This document shows positions 19,544-29,647 of a stretch of DNA of 64,000 nucleotides, piece by piece. Below the pieces are notes generated by a model. It saw only the letters and a program-made list of their open reading frames with translations, was not told the DNA's origin and ran no database searches. Both the position numbers and the translations under genes were made by a program. Numbering within the stretch: position 1 is the first letter of the stretch; every line of letters starts with the position of its first letter. Origin of the DNA: an uncultured Gemmatimonadales bacterium (lineage in GTDB: Bacteria > Gemmatimonadota > Gemmatimonadetes > Longimicrobiales > RSA9); assembly GCA_963798085.1 (NCBI GenBank), contig CAWCRS010000007.1:672001-736000 (forward strand), given 5' to 3'.

Positions 19544-19585
19544 AGGATAGGGCGGGGGCGTGGCATTGTCAAGTACTTTGTAATG
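19544..19585 (-). promoter_or_regulatory. Sigma70 promoter with palindrome over the -35 box
   Basis: TTGACA-N17-TATCCT on minus strand; cattgtcaagtactttgtaatg is 16/22 self-complementary. Confidence 0.7.
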
Positions 19586-19782
19586 CAGAGAACCTGCACG
19601 GCTTGCCGGGCCGCTGAGGATCAGGATCAGTGTCGGACACTACTTCCTGCTGCGGCGCTTCCGGGGTGGTAGCTCGTCGCCCGGGACTGTTGGGCTGCCC
19701 TTCCCAACGCGTGCGAGGATATCCTTGTACTTCTTCGGGTCCGCCAATGCGATATCGCAATGAGGGACACACAATCCGCCGC

Positions 19783-20995
19783 CTACACGTCCTCCTCGAC
19801 CTCCACGCCACTCTCCTCAATGCGGCGGACGATCTCGCGCACGTGCTCGCGGCCGCGGGTCTCGACGTTCATGACGATCTCGACGTCGCCGACGCGGATG
19901 TCGGCGAAGGCGCGGCGGTGTGCGACCTCGAGCACGTTGGCGCCGCATTCGGCGACGGTGTCGGTGAGGCGTGCGAGCATGCCGGGGCGGTCGCGGACCT
20001 TGACGGCGAGGCGGGCGAGGCGGCCGTCGCGCACGAGGCCGCGATCGATGATGCGGCCGAGGATGTTCACGTCGATGTTGCCGCCGGAGAGGACCATGAC
20101 GGCGAGGTCGTTTTCGCTGAGCGGGATGCGGCCGGCGAGCAGCGCGGCGAGGGGAGCGGCGCCGGCGCCTTCGGCCATGATCTTCTGGCGCTCGAGCAGG
20201 GCGTAGACGGCGAGCGCGATCTCCTCCTCGGAGACCGTGACAATGTCGTCGACCAGGCGCTCGATCATGGGGAACGTGCGTTCGCCCACGCGCTTGGTGG
20301 CGATGCCGTCGGCAATGGTCTCGGAGGTCTCGATGTGGACGACGTGGCCGGCGCGGCGGGAGGCGAGCGCGGAGGCCGCGGCTTCCGCCTCCACCCCGAT
20401 CACGCGAACACGCGGGTTCGCATCCTTGAGCGCCGTGGCAATGCCGGAGATGAGGCCGCCACCGCCAATGGGCACGACGGCGACGGTCGCATCCGGCAAC
20501 CTGTTCGCTCAGCTCGAGGCCGATGGTGCCCTGGCCGGCGATGACACGCTCGTCATCAAAGGCGTGCACGATGGTAAGGTGGTGCTCGCGGGCGAGGCGC
20601 TGCACTTCGCCCATGGCGTCGGAGAGTGTGGCGCCGTGCAGGAAGATGCGCGCGCCGAAGCGTCGCGTGTTGGAGACCTTGACGAGCGGCGTCGCCTCGG
20701 GCATGACGACGGTTGCGGGGATGCGCAGGCGGGAGCAGTGCCATGCGACGGCCTGCGCGTGGTTGCCGGCGCTGGCGGTGACCACGCCGCGGCGGCGTTC
20801 TTCGTCGCTCAGGTCGAGCAGGCGGTTGAGTGCGCCGCGGTCCTTGAACGAGCCGGTGCGCTGCAGGCTCTCCAGCTTGAGGTGCAGCGGGCAGGGCAGC
20901 AGGTCGCGCAGCCCGAACGCGGGCGGGCAGGGTGTGGGCAGAACCCCGTCGGCAATGCGCTCGCGCGCGGCGCGGATGTCGGCAATCGTGCACAT
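19783..20995 (-). CDS. ilvA: Threonine ammonia-lyase with single ACT domain; frameshift near 20500
   Basis: LQRTGSFKDRGA, ASAGNHAQ, AGQGTIG, PIGGGGLI, EGAGA, SGGNID, DRPG.L ACT domain. Confidence 0.9.
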
Positions 20996-21059
20996 GCGGG
21001 CAAGGTAGCGAAACCAGGGCGCTGCCGCGCGGCGGGAGAGCGATCGTCACCCGTTGCCG

Positions 21060-21126
21060 CGTATCACCCCCCGAAACCGCCTTCTTCCCTGTAGGACTTC
21101 TTCCTGGGTGAGAACAGCCCATGCGC
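21060..21126 (+). repeat. 67-bp direct repeat, copy 1
   Basis: 57/67 identical to 29648-29714; contains TAGGA-N5-TCCTG. Confidence 0.85.
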
Positions 21127-21876
21127 CCCCGATTCGATTGCGTTCTGGCGGGAGCCGTTCAGCTAGGCGTGCGGTTCCTGCTGGCTGTAGCAGGAGGTTA
21201 CCCCCGTGATCGAATGGTTTGGCAGCGTTACGGCACCCGTGGAACTCCCGGGCCATCAGACCCACCACTGCGAGACTGGCGGGAGCTTGTGCGCCGCGCA
21301 GGCTCGGCGGTTGCGGTTGCAGTGGAGTTTCCCGAACTCAACGACGAGGCAGTCGCACAGATCGCCGGGGTCAGGGCTGCAGCGCTACGCGTGCCCATCC
21401 TCCTGGTCACGCGGTTCACGGAGGCGAATCCGGTTCGCCTGCCACATACCTCCGTGGAGGCGCTGGTCTGGATCAAGTCCGGACCGGAGGCGGTGCACAT
21501 GGCGCTTGCCGATCTGCTGAAGCGCTCGCCGATTCCGCAATTGACTGCGGCGGTGCAATCGTCCGGCGTGCTGTCGTCTGCGCTCAAGCGGAAGCTTCTT
21601 GTAGCGCTGGAAGCTGATCCCCCGTTTCGGACAGTGAAGCGGTGGGCGCGGGCAACAGGGTGCGGCCGCCGTGCCCTGGACAGGTCCTGGCGCAATCAGG
21701 TTGGCACTGCGCACAAGCCTGCAGAATTCCTGAAGGCAATCCTGGCGGTTCGCGGCGAAGACGGACGACCGGCTGGTGATGAGCATCGCCAGATGATCCG
21801 ATGGCTGTCGGGAACGCTCAGTTCATGCTCAGGTCAAGACTCGTCCAATCGAGCGCCGAGCGCGGGCAAATTCTGA
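21121..21876 (+). CDS. Putative regulator: receiver-like N-terminus plus AraC-like HTH, possibly truncated; start uncertain
   Basis: VPILLVTRF..VEALVW receiver-like strands; RTVKRWARATGCGRRALDRSW HTH. Confidence 0.5.
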   Translation: MRPRFDCVLAGAVQLGVRFLLAVAGGYPRDRMVWQRYGTRGTPGPSDPPLRDWRELVRRAGSAVAVAVEFPELNDEAVAQIAGVRAAALRVPILLVTRFTEANPVRLPHTSVEALVWIKSGPEAVHMALADLLKRSPIPQLTAAVQSSGVLSSALKRKLLVALEADPPFRTVKRWARATGCGRRALDRSWRNQVGTAHKPAEFLKAILAVRGEDGRPAGDEHRQMIRWLSGTLSSCSGQDSSNRAPSAGKF

Positions 21877-22360
21877 CGCTCCGTCCCGTTGCAGCTCTGC
21901 CGCAGTCGAGATTGCTGCGATGTTCCCACCTTGCGGGCAAAAGGTTCCCACCTCGGCTCTTGCCGCTTGTCTCATCGTGCGCACAATGGATGTGACGCAG
22001 CGACACCGCGTCGATTTCTCAGCAGATTCCGAGCGAACCCAAGCAGCCTGGAGTGTGGCAATGAAGGCGATGACAGCAGCACCTGCAGTCGTCCTCTTTG
22101 GATGCAGCGCTGCGTGGTTCGCTCATGATCCAACAGCAGCATGAGAATGCGCGTCTGGGTTCAAGACTGAAGTCCGCAACAAAGCAGGTGACGTTGCTGG
22201 CATTCTGGGCGGAACGGTCTCGAAGGTGTCCTGTAAGGTTTGGGTCTCGCAACATCGGGTCGGCTTCTGGCGGGTTATGATGATGACGCACGCGGTGAAG
22301 GCGTGGGCCACTGCTCCAACGTTCGCCGAGTCTCCACGACAACTCCATCAGGAGGGAGCA

Positions 22361-22813
22361 ATGCGTAGATTGATCCTGGTCACATGCGCGCTGGCAGCCC
22401 AGGTCTCGGAGCCCGGGCCGCCATTGGCGAGGAGTCGAACTGCGGTTGGTGCGTCGATGCGGAAGGTGTTGAGGAATGTTCATACAGTCTTTGGTGCTTC
22501 TGCCGTCCGTATCACTATTTCACCGATTTCGGCACGCAGAATGGGGGCTACCGCCACGGCTTACACTACTTTGACGAGTGTGGGAGATGTAATTCGCACA
22601 CGACGTGTGCACAGGCGTCCACAGAAACCGTCAACGGCCTGGACGCAGCGCTGAAAAGGCCTCAGCTTCTGAAGACATTCCTCGATGCGCATTCCACTTC
22701 TCTCGCTCAACTACTCGACACGAGAAGTCCGTGTAGTTGATTGCGAGGGCCACGAGATCATGAAGCGAACGCTCAGTGCCGAGCAGCTTTCACAACTCAT
22801 CGCGACGCCCTGA
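22361..22813 (+). CDS. Secreted Cys/His-rich small protein, reconstructed across two frameshifts (near 22400 and 22700)
   Basis: RBS ggaggga and MRRLILVTCALAA signal; next frame CGWC..C..WCFC..H..H..H..CGRC.SH..C; return frame SLNYSTREVRVVDCEGHEI..stop. Confidence 0.6.
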
Positions 22814-23197
22814 CATCACAGGCTCGGGCTGTCCAGTCAACGTCAGTGGCAACTGGACCATTGCACGGCCGCACTTAAGAACAGCTCGGTTCGAGTGGGT
22901 CAAGCGGGATGCGCAAGATTGTGAGAGTAATGTTGACCCGGCAATCGCGGACATTTATCTCTCGCGGAAGCGCATGCCCTCGCCGGCGGCGCAGGGGGTG
23001 TCCAGTTGAGCCGAGGAATCCGGCGTATCCATGTGCGTCCGCTGGTTCATACAGGCGTCCGCGCTGTGGATCCTGGGAGGATGTGTTGCGAAGGGAGTTC
23101 GACGGCTACGAGAGGCCCGTGTCTCAGGGTGATAGCCGGCATCACCATTAATTCGACGGACTGTTCCCGGCCGCCCCTTCGAAAGGTTTCTGCAAAA

Positions 23198-24234
23198 ATG
23201 CACAATCGAGCGTGGGCAACCCTGCTGTCAGCCGCCGCGGCTCTGTGCATGACGGCCGCGAGTGTCAACACCAACACTGCGCCATGGAAGCGGGGCACTG
23301 ATCATTGCCCGCCATGTTCCATCGTTGCGGATCGGCTTCTACGTCTCCGTGCCGGCCCCGGCAACTTTACTCCAGATTTTCGGTTCCTGTCTGTGATCCA
23401 CCAGCGCAACGGTCGTTTTGTGGTTGCTCCCCTGATGGCGAGCAACTCACTGGCAGTTTATGATTCCGATGGTGCATTCGCGGAGACCATCGCCCGGCTG
23501 TCCATGAGCCATGCGGGAGATGACGTCGTGGTGGGTGGAATCTGGCGAATGGCGATGGACTCGATCCTCGTGAGTGACCTGATGCATGACAGGCTTCTCG
23601 TACTCACGCCGATTCTTCAAGTTGCACGGACAGCGCGCTTTTTCGGCAATGTCATCGACGTGACCAATACACCAACAGGTTTCGTGCTTGCCGCGAAGCT
23701 TGCGCAACCGGGAATGATCCACACCTTCGGCTTCAATGGTCACTACATGCAGACCCTCGCGGGCACCAAAGCGACGGATACTCTCGCGAGGCTGCAGGTT
23801 GCGTACAATCCCGCGACGGGTGAGACGTACGCGTTGCAGAACAACCAATACGTGGTTCGACGGTGGAACAGATCAGGGTCGCCTGAGCAACCATGGGATC
23901 GGCGCGCGGCCTGGTTTCCTGAATACCCCACGACCTCCAGGGGCGGCGCGCATCCATTCGTAGCCGATATTTCTGGTGATGGTGATGGCAGACTCTGGGT
24001 GCTCGTTGTGGCTACCGGCGGCTTCCGAAATGCCGCCGGCGTGCCAGGTATGCCCAGCGCGGCTGACGGTTCCCACGACGTCCAGTCAATCATCGAGGTC
24101 CTCGATCCCCAGCACAAGATTGTGATGGGAAGCCTTCGCGTCAGTGGATATGTACGGGGAATGTGCGGGGAGCGCGAGGCGTTCAGCACGGAGTTGACGA
24201 AGCAGGGTGCGACGCAGATCGTCATCTGGCGATT
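23198..24234 (+). CDS. Exported beta-propeller protein with N-terminal CxxC; C-terminus interrupted by IS3 (native end at 25696-25717)
   Basis: Signal peptide, CPPCSI, AWFP, DGDGRLWVL, IIEVLDP; paralog of 25725-26933. Confidence 0.75.
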
Positions 24235-24482
24235 TGGACCTGTCCCGATTCCGTGGACGGTTGAGTGTTTGGGTTGCCTGCTGCCGGCGCATGGCAATCC
24301 GTTCTGCTGTTGTTGATATGATGGATCCGTTTGCTGCCTGGGGTCCGAGCGAAGGCGAGGAGACCGCGCACGGCGCGGCCGCCCGCGGAAGGTGCCTTGT
24401 CGCGAGCCTCCAGAATCGCGTGTACGGGCCGGGAGCGGCCGGAAGGTATCCCAGCACCCCCCGAATCGGCGGTGCGTGCGAC

Positions 24483-25330
24483 TCACGCGGCTGACCCATG
24501 CAGTCGCTCGAAGTTCATGGGTGAGCGTTGACCCAGCGCAGAATGGCGCCGGTGCGGATTGTACCAGCCTTCGATGAAATGGAACACCGCTGTTTCGGCT
24601 TCCGCCGGCGTGCGAAAGCGGTAGCGGTCGAGCAACTCGCACTCGAGCGTGGCAAAGAAGCTTTCGCACAGCGCGTTGTCGTAGCAGTCGCCCACGCTGC
24701 CCATCGAGGGACGCACGCCGGCCTCGCGACAACGCTGACCAAATGCCAGCGACGTGTACTGACTGCCCTGATCGGAGTGATGGATCACGGCGTGCGGACG
24801 CCGCTGCATGAGCGCCATGTTCATCGCCGCCACTACCAGTTCACTGCGCAGGTGTGTGGCCATGGCCCAGCCCACCACCCGTCGACTCCACACGTCCACC
24901 ACCACCGCCAGATACAGCATCCCGCTCCAGGTCGAAATGTACGTGATGTCGGCCACCCAGAGCTGATCCGGCCCCGTCGCCTTGAACTGACGGTCCACCA
25001 GATCCGGTGCCGGTCGGCTGTCCGCATCGCGCACGGTCGTGACTACCTTCGTCGACGGCTTACGCCTTCCAGCCCTTCTTCCCGCATCAGGCGGCCCACG
25101 CGCTTGGGGGACACCGCCTCACCGTCATCCTGCAACTCCGCGTGCACACGCGGGCGGCCGTACGTCCCGTCCGACCGCTCGTGGATCTCGCGTATGCGCT
25201 GTTTCAACTGCGCGTCGCGCTCGGCTCGCGCCGACGCCCGACGCTCGAACCATGCATAGTACCCGCTGGTGGAGACCTCCAGCACGCGGCACATGGTGGC
25301 AATCGGATACATGGCCTGGTGGGCTCTCAC
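24483..25330 (-). CDS. IS3 transposase OrfB (DDE), extra frameshift near 25040
   Basis: TYGRPRV, LWVADITY, HHSDQGSQY, DNALCESFF, YNPHRRHSALG. Confidence 0.9.
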
Positions 25331-25635
25331 GAATCGGTAGACCTCGACGGCACCGCATCGGTCTCCCGAGCGAACCAGGCCGCGGCTTTTGCCAGGATCT
25401 CCCGCTCGACGCGCAACTGCTTGTTCTCGCGCCGCAGCCGCTTCAGCTCCGCCAGCTCCTCGCTGGTCGGCCCTTCACGGCGGCCCGCATCCCGATCCGC
25501 CTGCTTCACCCAGTTGCGAAGTGACTGCTCCGACACCTTGAATTCCTTCGCCAGCTCTCCGATCGAGCGACCCGCCCGGGCCAGGTCGATAAGCCGACTA
25601 CGGAATTCCAAGGGATACGACCGTCGTTTCGACAT
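25327..25635 (-). CDS. IS3 transposase OrfA (HTH)
   Basis: YPLEFR..LRNWVKQ..EL.RLRREN.QLR.EREIL.KAAAWFA; AAAAG slippery motif near 25386-25390. Confidence 0.92.
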   Translation of the reverse strand: MSKRRSYPLEFRSRLIDLARAGRSIGELAKEFKVSEQSLRNWVKQADRDAGRREGPTSEELAELKRLRRENKQLRVEREILAKAAAWFARETDAVPSRSTDS

Positions 25636-25724
25636 TGTGGACTCCTTTCTCTACCCAAGAGAGTAAGTGTCCACGAAACCGGGTCAACTCCAATTCAGGC
25701 TCATCCCGCGATTTTGACGGTGGA

Positions 25725-26933
25725 ATGGTGAGTGTTCCAGGTCGGCGAATGCACCGCGGCTTAACTGCGGCGAGCGGCAGGGGCGCAACTCACGGAGCGC
25801 TGTTGCCGCTTGCGCGGGTAGTGGGTTGCGTCCCGCCCCTCTGGTCGGCTCATCTGCTGCTGCTGGTGCTGGTGATAAGCTGGACAGGCTGCCGCAGGAC
25901 AGAGCGTGCCGGCGAGCCAACTGATGTACCTGTGGCGGTGACCTCGGCAGAGAGCTGCGGCGGGTGCCGGATTGTGCTGGAGCGAACGGCGACACTTGCG
26001 GATACCAGTGAGTTCGCGCCTGCATGGAACGCGCGAGTGGTTCGAACAAGAGGCGGCTACGCGGTGGCGCCCCTCGACGTGGGGTATGCATTTGCCGAGT
26101 TTGCCGATACCGGCGGTTTCACGCGGAGCATCGGCGCACAGGGTGCGGGCCCGGGAGAGTTCGCATATGTTGCGAATCTCTATGCCGGTTCAGGCGACAG
26201 CATTCTGGCATACGATCCCGGCAACGGGCGTATCCAGGTGTACACCCCCGACCTTGTTCTCTTCCGGACGTTTCAGCTCTTGCAAACCCCGAATGATCTG
26301 GTGCCGCTCAGGAACGGCGGTTATGTGGTGTCGGACCGCGCCCCATATGATCGCCTGTTGCGGCTGCTGGATGCGGCTGGCCAGACTGTCGCTGCGCGCG
26401 GCCCATTGGTCGATCCGCGCCCGACTCACAACACGGGCGGGATGGAGCTTGCAGTTGCGCCCGGTGGGCACATCTTCGGGATTCTCCACAGCCAGTATAC
26501 GATCTTCGAATTTGACGAGTCGGCCATGAGGGTCCGCTCGCTTGTCAGATCGACGAAGTGGTTTCCAGAGCGTCGGAGTCTACTGCACCCGAACCGTCGG
26601 TCGGCAGTGATCAAGGATATGGCAGTGGATAGCTCGGGACTGTTATGGGTGCTGATCTCTTTGCCAAAACCGATCCCTGTGAGAGAGCTCGCCCAGCAAG
26701 GCGGCACGCGATTGACGCCGACGCAGATTCTCAAGGAGCAGACGCCTGTCCTTGAGGTTATTGAGCCGGCGGTTGCACCGCGCCTCCTTGCTCATGCCGA
26801 GTTCCCGGAAACGTATTTGAAGTCGTTCGTGGATGGCTCGGCGGTCGTATCACAATCGGTGGACAATGAGGGCGTGTCGTTGTTTACGGTCTGGCGGTTT
26901 CATCTTAATGTGTCCGCTGCCCGCGCACCTTGA
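25725..26933 (+). CDS. Beta-propeller lipoprotein with N-terminal CxxC (start 25725 or 25749)
   Basis: Hydrophobic stretch and WTGC; CGGCRI; GAGPGEF NHL motif; KWFP; DSSGLLWVL; VLEVIEP. Confidence 0.75.
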   Translation: MVSVPGRRMHRGLTAASGRGATHGALLPLARVVGCVPPLWSAHLLLLVLVISWTGCRRTERAGEPTDVPVAVTSAESCGGCRIVLERTATLADTSEFAPAWNARVVRTRGGYAVAPLDVGYAFAEFADTGGFTRSIGAQGAGPGEFAYVANLYAGSGDSILAYDPGNGRIQVYTPDLVLFRTFQLLQTPNDLVPLRNGGYVVSDRAPYDRLLRLLDAAGQTVAARGPLVDPRPTHNTGGMELAVAPGGHIFGILHSQYTIFEFDESAMRVRSLVRSTKWFPERRSLLHPNRRSAVIKDMAVDSSGLLWVLISLPKPIPVRELAQQGGTRLTPTQILKEQTPVLEVIEPAVAPRLLAHAEFPETYLKSFVDGSAVVSQSVDNEGVSLFTVWRFHLNVSAARAP

Positions 26934-27037
26934 CGGCTGGTTCCGCGGGCCGAAATGTCAACATCGCAGTGCAGTGGGCAGCGGATTGCGGGGAGGGCCC
27001 CCGGGTCAACGAAGGAAATGAAGCGGAAGCCGTCTTT

Positions 27038-28210
27038 ATGAGTCGCCCCATCCGGGCGGCCGATCCGGTTGTCACCTGCTTGCTGGCGACGATGCTGCTG
27101 CTGAGCATCGCCGCCTGCGGTGTTGCCCGTGGCGAGAGCGGCACAACCGATCAGAGCCAGGCCTGGCTGCTCGAGAGCCTTTCTCCGCCGCAACAGAGTG
27201 TTTGGCGTGACGACAACACCTGGGTCCTCACTCCTGTACGCACGTACGGCACCATGGAAGGGCCGCTGAGCTTCGCGTACATCGTCGCTCTTGCCGTGAG
27301 CGACCGTGGCGTTCTCGCAGTCGCGGATCAGCAGGCGTGCACGATCACGCTGATCCAGCGGCCGCAGGGCCGCTATCTGCGGCGCTTCGGTTCGTGCGGC
27401 GAGGGCCCGGGCGAGTTTCGCCAGATTCGCGCACTGCAATTCTCGGGGTATTCGCTGGTGGTGTACGATCAGGCGCGCCAGCAGATGCTGCTGCTCAATG
27501 CCGATGGGATCGAGCGCGCGCGCATTCATCTTGCCTTGCCCGGTGTCGACGCGGTGCGCTCTTTCGCCCGACTCGACGACTCGACCGTTCTTGTTGCAAC
27601 TGAGCGTGTGGTGGCTTACAGAGATGTATCGGGGAGTACTCGCAGGTTGCCACTGGTGGGTCTGCTGGCCTGGCCTTCGGGTCAGCTCAGGAGCTGGGTG
27701 GCCAGCGATCCGCCGATCGCAACCGTCGGCCCGCAGCGAACGCTGCGTCGCATGGAGTCGTGTCTCACCAGGATCGGCAATCAACCGGTCGCCGTGATCA
27801 AGAATGACTGGGTACTCGAAGGGGCAGGCCTGGGTGTGCGCAGTGGTGCTGAGGTATTCCACTTCCTTTCGACGATTCGCGGTCTGGAGCCGGAGCACCG
27901 GAGTGACGGATCCTGGGCGCCGAGCACCATGGTCACCGATGCCGTGTGGTGCGGCGCTTCCGGCGCAATCTTCAAGATCACCGAACCGCAGGCTCCGCAC
28001 ATCGGTGTGCCGCCGCGGCCGAAGCGCACGTTCCTGGAGTTCCGCGGATACGACGGGAGCATTCTGATGCGAAGAACGGTACGCGACAGCAGTTCCATGC
28101 TGCACACGGCGTTCGGCACGATGAGGGCCGACACATTGCTCGTAGCGAGCAACCTTGCCGGACCCTGGCCCATGGTGGGTGAGTTCGTGCTGCGCAGGAG
28201 CGGTCACTGA
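27038..28210 (+). CDS. 6-bladed beta-propeller lipoprotein
   Basis: Lipobox IAAC; GSCGEGPGEFRQI NHL motif; LVVYD. Confidence 0.75.
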   Translation: MSRPIRAADPVVTCLLATMLLLSIAACGVARGESGTTDQSQAWLLESLSPPQQSVWRDDNTWVLTPVRTYGTMEGPLSFAYIVALAVSDRGVLAVADQQACTITLIQRPQGRYLRRFGSCGEGPGEFRQIRALQFSGYSLVVYDQARQQMLLLNADGIERARIHLALPGVDAVRSFARLDDSTVLVATERVVAYRDVSGSTRRLPLVGLLAWPSGQLRSWVASDPPIATVGPQRTLRRMESCLTRIGNQPVAVIKNDWVLEGAGLGVRSGAEVFHFLSTIRGLEPEHRSDGSWAPSTMVTDAVWCGASGAIFKITEPQAPHIGVPPRPKRTFLEFRGYDGSILMRRTVRDSSSMLHTAFGTMRADTLLVASNLAGPWPMVGEFVLRRSGH

Positions 28211-28235
28211 CGCGCCAGCGACGGCTCGCGAGCCG

Positions 28236-28284
28236 GAGATCCCCGGTTGCGCCAACCCCGTATCACCCCGAAAATGGGGGTACG
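28236..28284 (+). repeat. Partial third copy of the cgtatcacccc-gaaa motif
   Basis: gagatccccggttgcgccaaccccgtatcaccccgaaaatgg resembles 29623-29668. Confidence 0.65.
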
Positions 28285-28477
28285 CGGAGGGCGGCCGCAC
28301 ACTAACCGTGCGTCGTTGGGAGGAAGCAAAACGTGGCCCAATCTCGTTTGAACCGATTGGACCGATTCCATAGACGCACGGTCGCGGTGCGGCCGCTCCG
28401 GACTTCGTGAAACGAAGGGATCATATTTCTACCTGCGCCTGCAGGAAACGCGAGCGGCGAATTTCGGGAGGGTTTCG

Positions 28478-29329
28478 ATGCGGTCAGCAAAATGGAATGC
28501 TGCCGGGTGGTTGTTGACGTTAGCGTTGCCCACTCTGGTGAGCGCACAAACGGCGCGGATTTTCGGGCGCGTTCGCGACAAGGAGTCGGGCAAACCGATC
28601 ACGGGCGCGGCTGTACTTGTTGGAGGCAGGGACTCTGTCAGCGTCACCGGGCCGACTGGCAGTTTCAGTGTTGTTCTGCCACCGGGGGTCCATCGCTTGC
28701 ACCTCACGGCACTCGGTTACCTGGAACGGACGGATTCCATTGTCATACAGCCCGCGGCCTCGATGGTAGATGTAGAAGTGATGCTCTCGAGGAAGCCAGT
28801 CGTTCTGCCACCTGTGGAGGTCACAGCGCGCTCAGAACGCTTGATCCGGGCCGGATTCTACGACCGTCGGGAAGGTGGTTTGGCTCCACCAACGCATTTC
28901 ATGACACGCGCAGACATTGAGCACCGGCAGCCCACGTTGCTCACAGATCTGTTTCAAGATGTTCCGCAGGTGAAGGTATTGTTCATCGAAGCGGGTCGCC
29001 GAACCCTGCGGTTCAATCGACACGTGTCAACGCAATCGATTGGGGAAAAATCTTCCAGGGGAGTTCTGCAACGTCCGGACGACGGAGCGGACTCCAGGGG
29101 CTGTGAACCCGATCTTTACATTGATGGTCAGTTGTATCGTGATTCCTCAATTCCGGCAAACCCCAGCGGGGATGTTAGGATCGATGCGATGCGACCGAGG
29201 ATGAACAAGGTTGACAACTACGATGCGATTCCTGTTAGCGAGGTTGAAGGTGTTGAAGTGTACGTTGGCGCAGCCACCCCGCTGCAGTACCACAACGCGT
29301 GCGGTGTGATTCTGATCTGGACACGCTGA
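28478..29329 (+). CDS. Carboxypeptidase-regulatory-like domain + TonB plug-like domain protein without beta-barrel
   Basis: Signal; G.V.D..G.PI.GA.V, ALGY, GFYDRR, DLFQDVP, C.P.LYIDG, EVEGVEVY, CGVILIWTR-stop. Confidence 0.8.
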   Translation: MRSAKWNAAGWLLTLALPTLVSAQTARIFGRVRDKESGKPITGAAVLVGGRDSVSVTGPTGSFSVVLPPGVHRLHLTALGYLERTDSIVIQPAASMVDVEVMLSRKPVVLPPVEVTARSERLIRAGFYDRREGGLAPPTHFMTRADIEHRQPTLLTDLFQDVPQVKVLFIEAGRRTLRFNRHVSTQSIGEKSSRGVLQRPDDGADSRGCEPDLYIDGQLYRDSSIPANPSGDVRIDAMRPRMNKVDNYDAIPVSEVEGVEVYVGAATPLQYHNACGVILIWTR

Positions 29330-29647
29330 AGTTGCAGGCTGCTCCTCGATGCCGAAGAAGAGCAATGTCAGATCGAGTGCGGTGCGGCCGGAGAGCCCTT
29401 CAAGCTGCCCTGCGTAGTAGCCCGTATCGATGAGGTGTTGCGATCTCGCGACCCCCATGATTGGCCGGGAGCTCGACCGGCTTCGTCGTCCAGACGGGAC
29501 CTCGAAATCGACCGGTGGCCCCCGGCTCGACAGTCACCGAATCGACGCGACCCCAGGTGACCGAGGCGGCGAAGGTCCCTCGGGCGGCGACGCAGGCGCT
29601 GACGCGGCGGTGGCCTGAAAATGAGATCGCCCCGGGCTGCGCCGCCC

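Larger units (their letters stand above)
24235..25692 (-). mobile_element. IS3-family insertion sequence, 1458 bp, 3-bp target duplication ATT
   Basis: Ends TGGACCTGTCCCGATTCCGTGGAC (24235) and TGGAGTTGACCCGGTTTCGTGGAC (reverse complement from 25692); att at 24232-24234 and 25693-25695. Confidence 0.93.

Noticed and set aside
20490..20510. Programmed frameshift in ilvA (also tricorn near 33145)
   Set aside because: No slippery heptamer; a single extra base fits sequencing error better.
21880..22350. Short ORFs between the regulator and the Cys-rich gene as peptide precursors
   Set aside because: No RBS, signal peptide or coding-like composition; more likely a long regulatory region.
29335..29620. 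Possible gene remnant on the minus strand (MGVARSQHLIDTGYY...)
   Set aside because: No recognisable family, RBS or clean frame.
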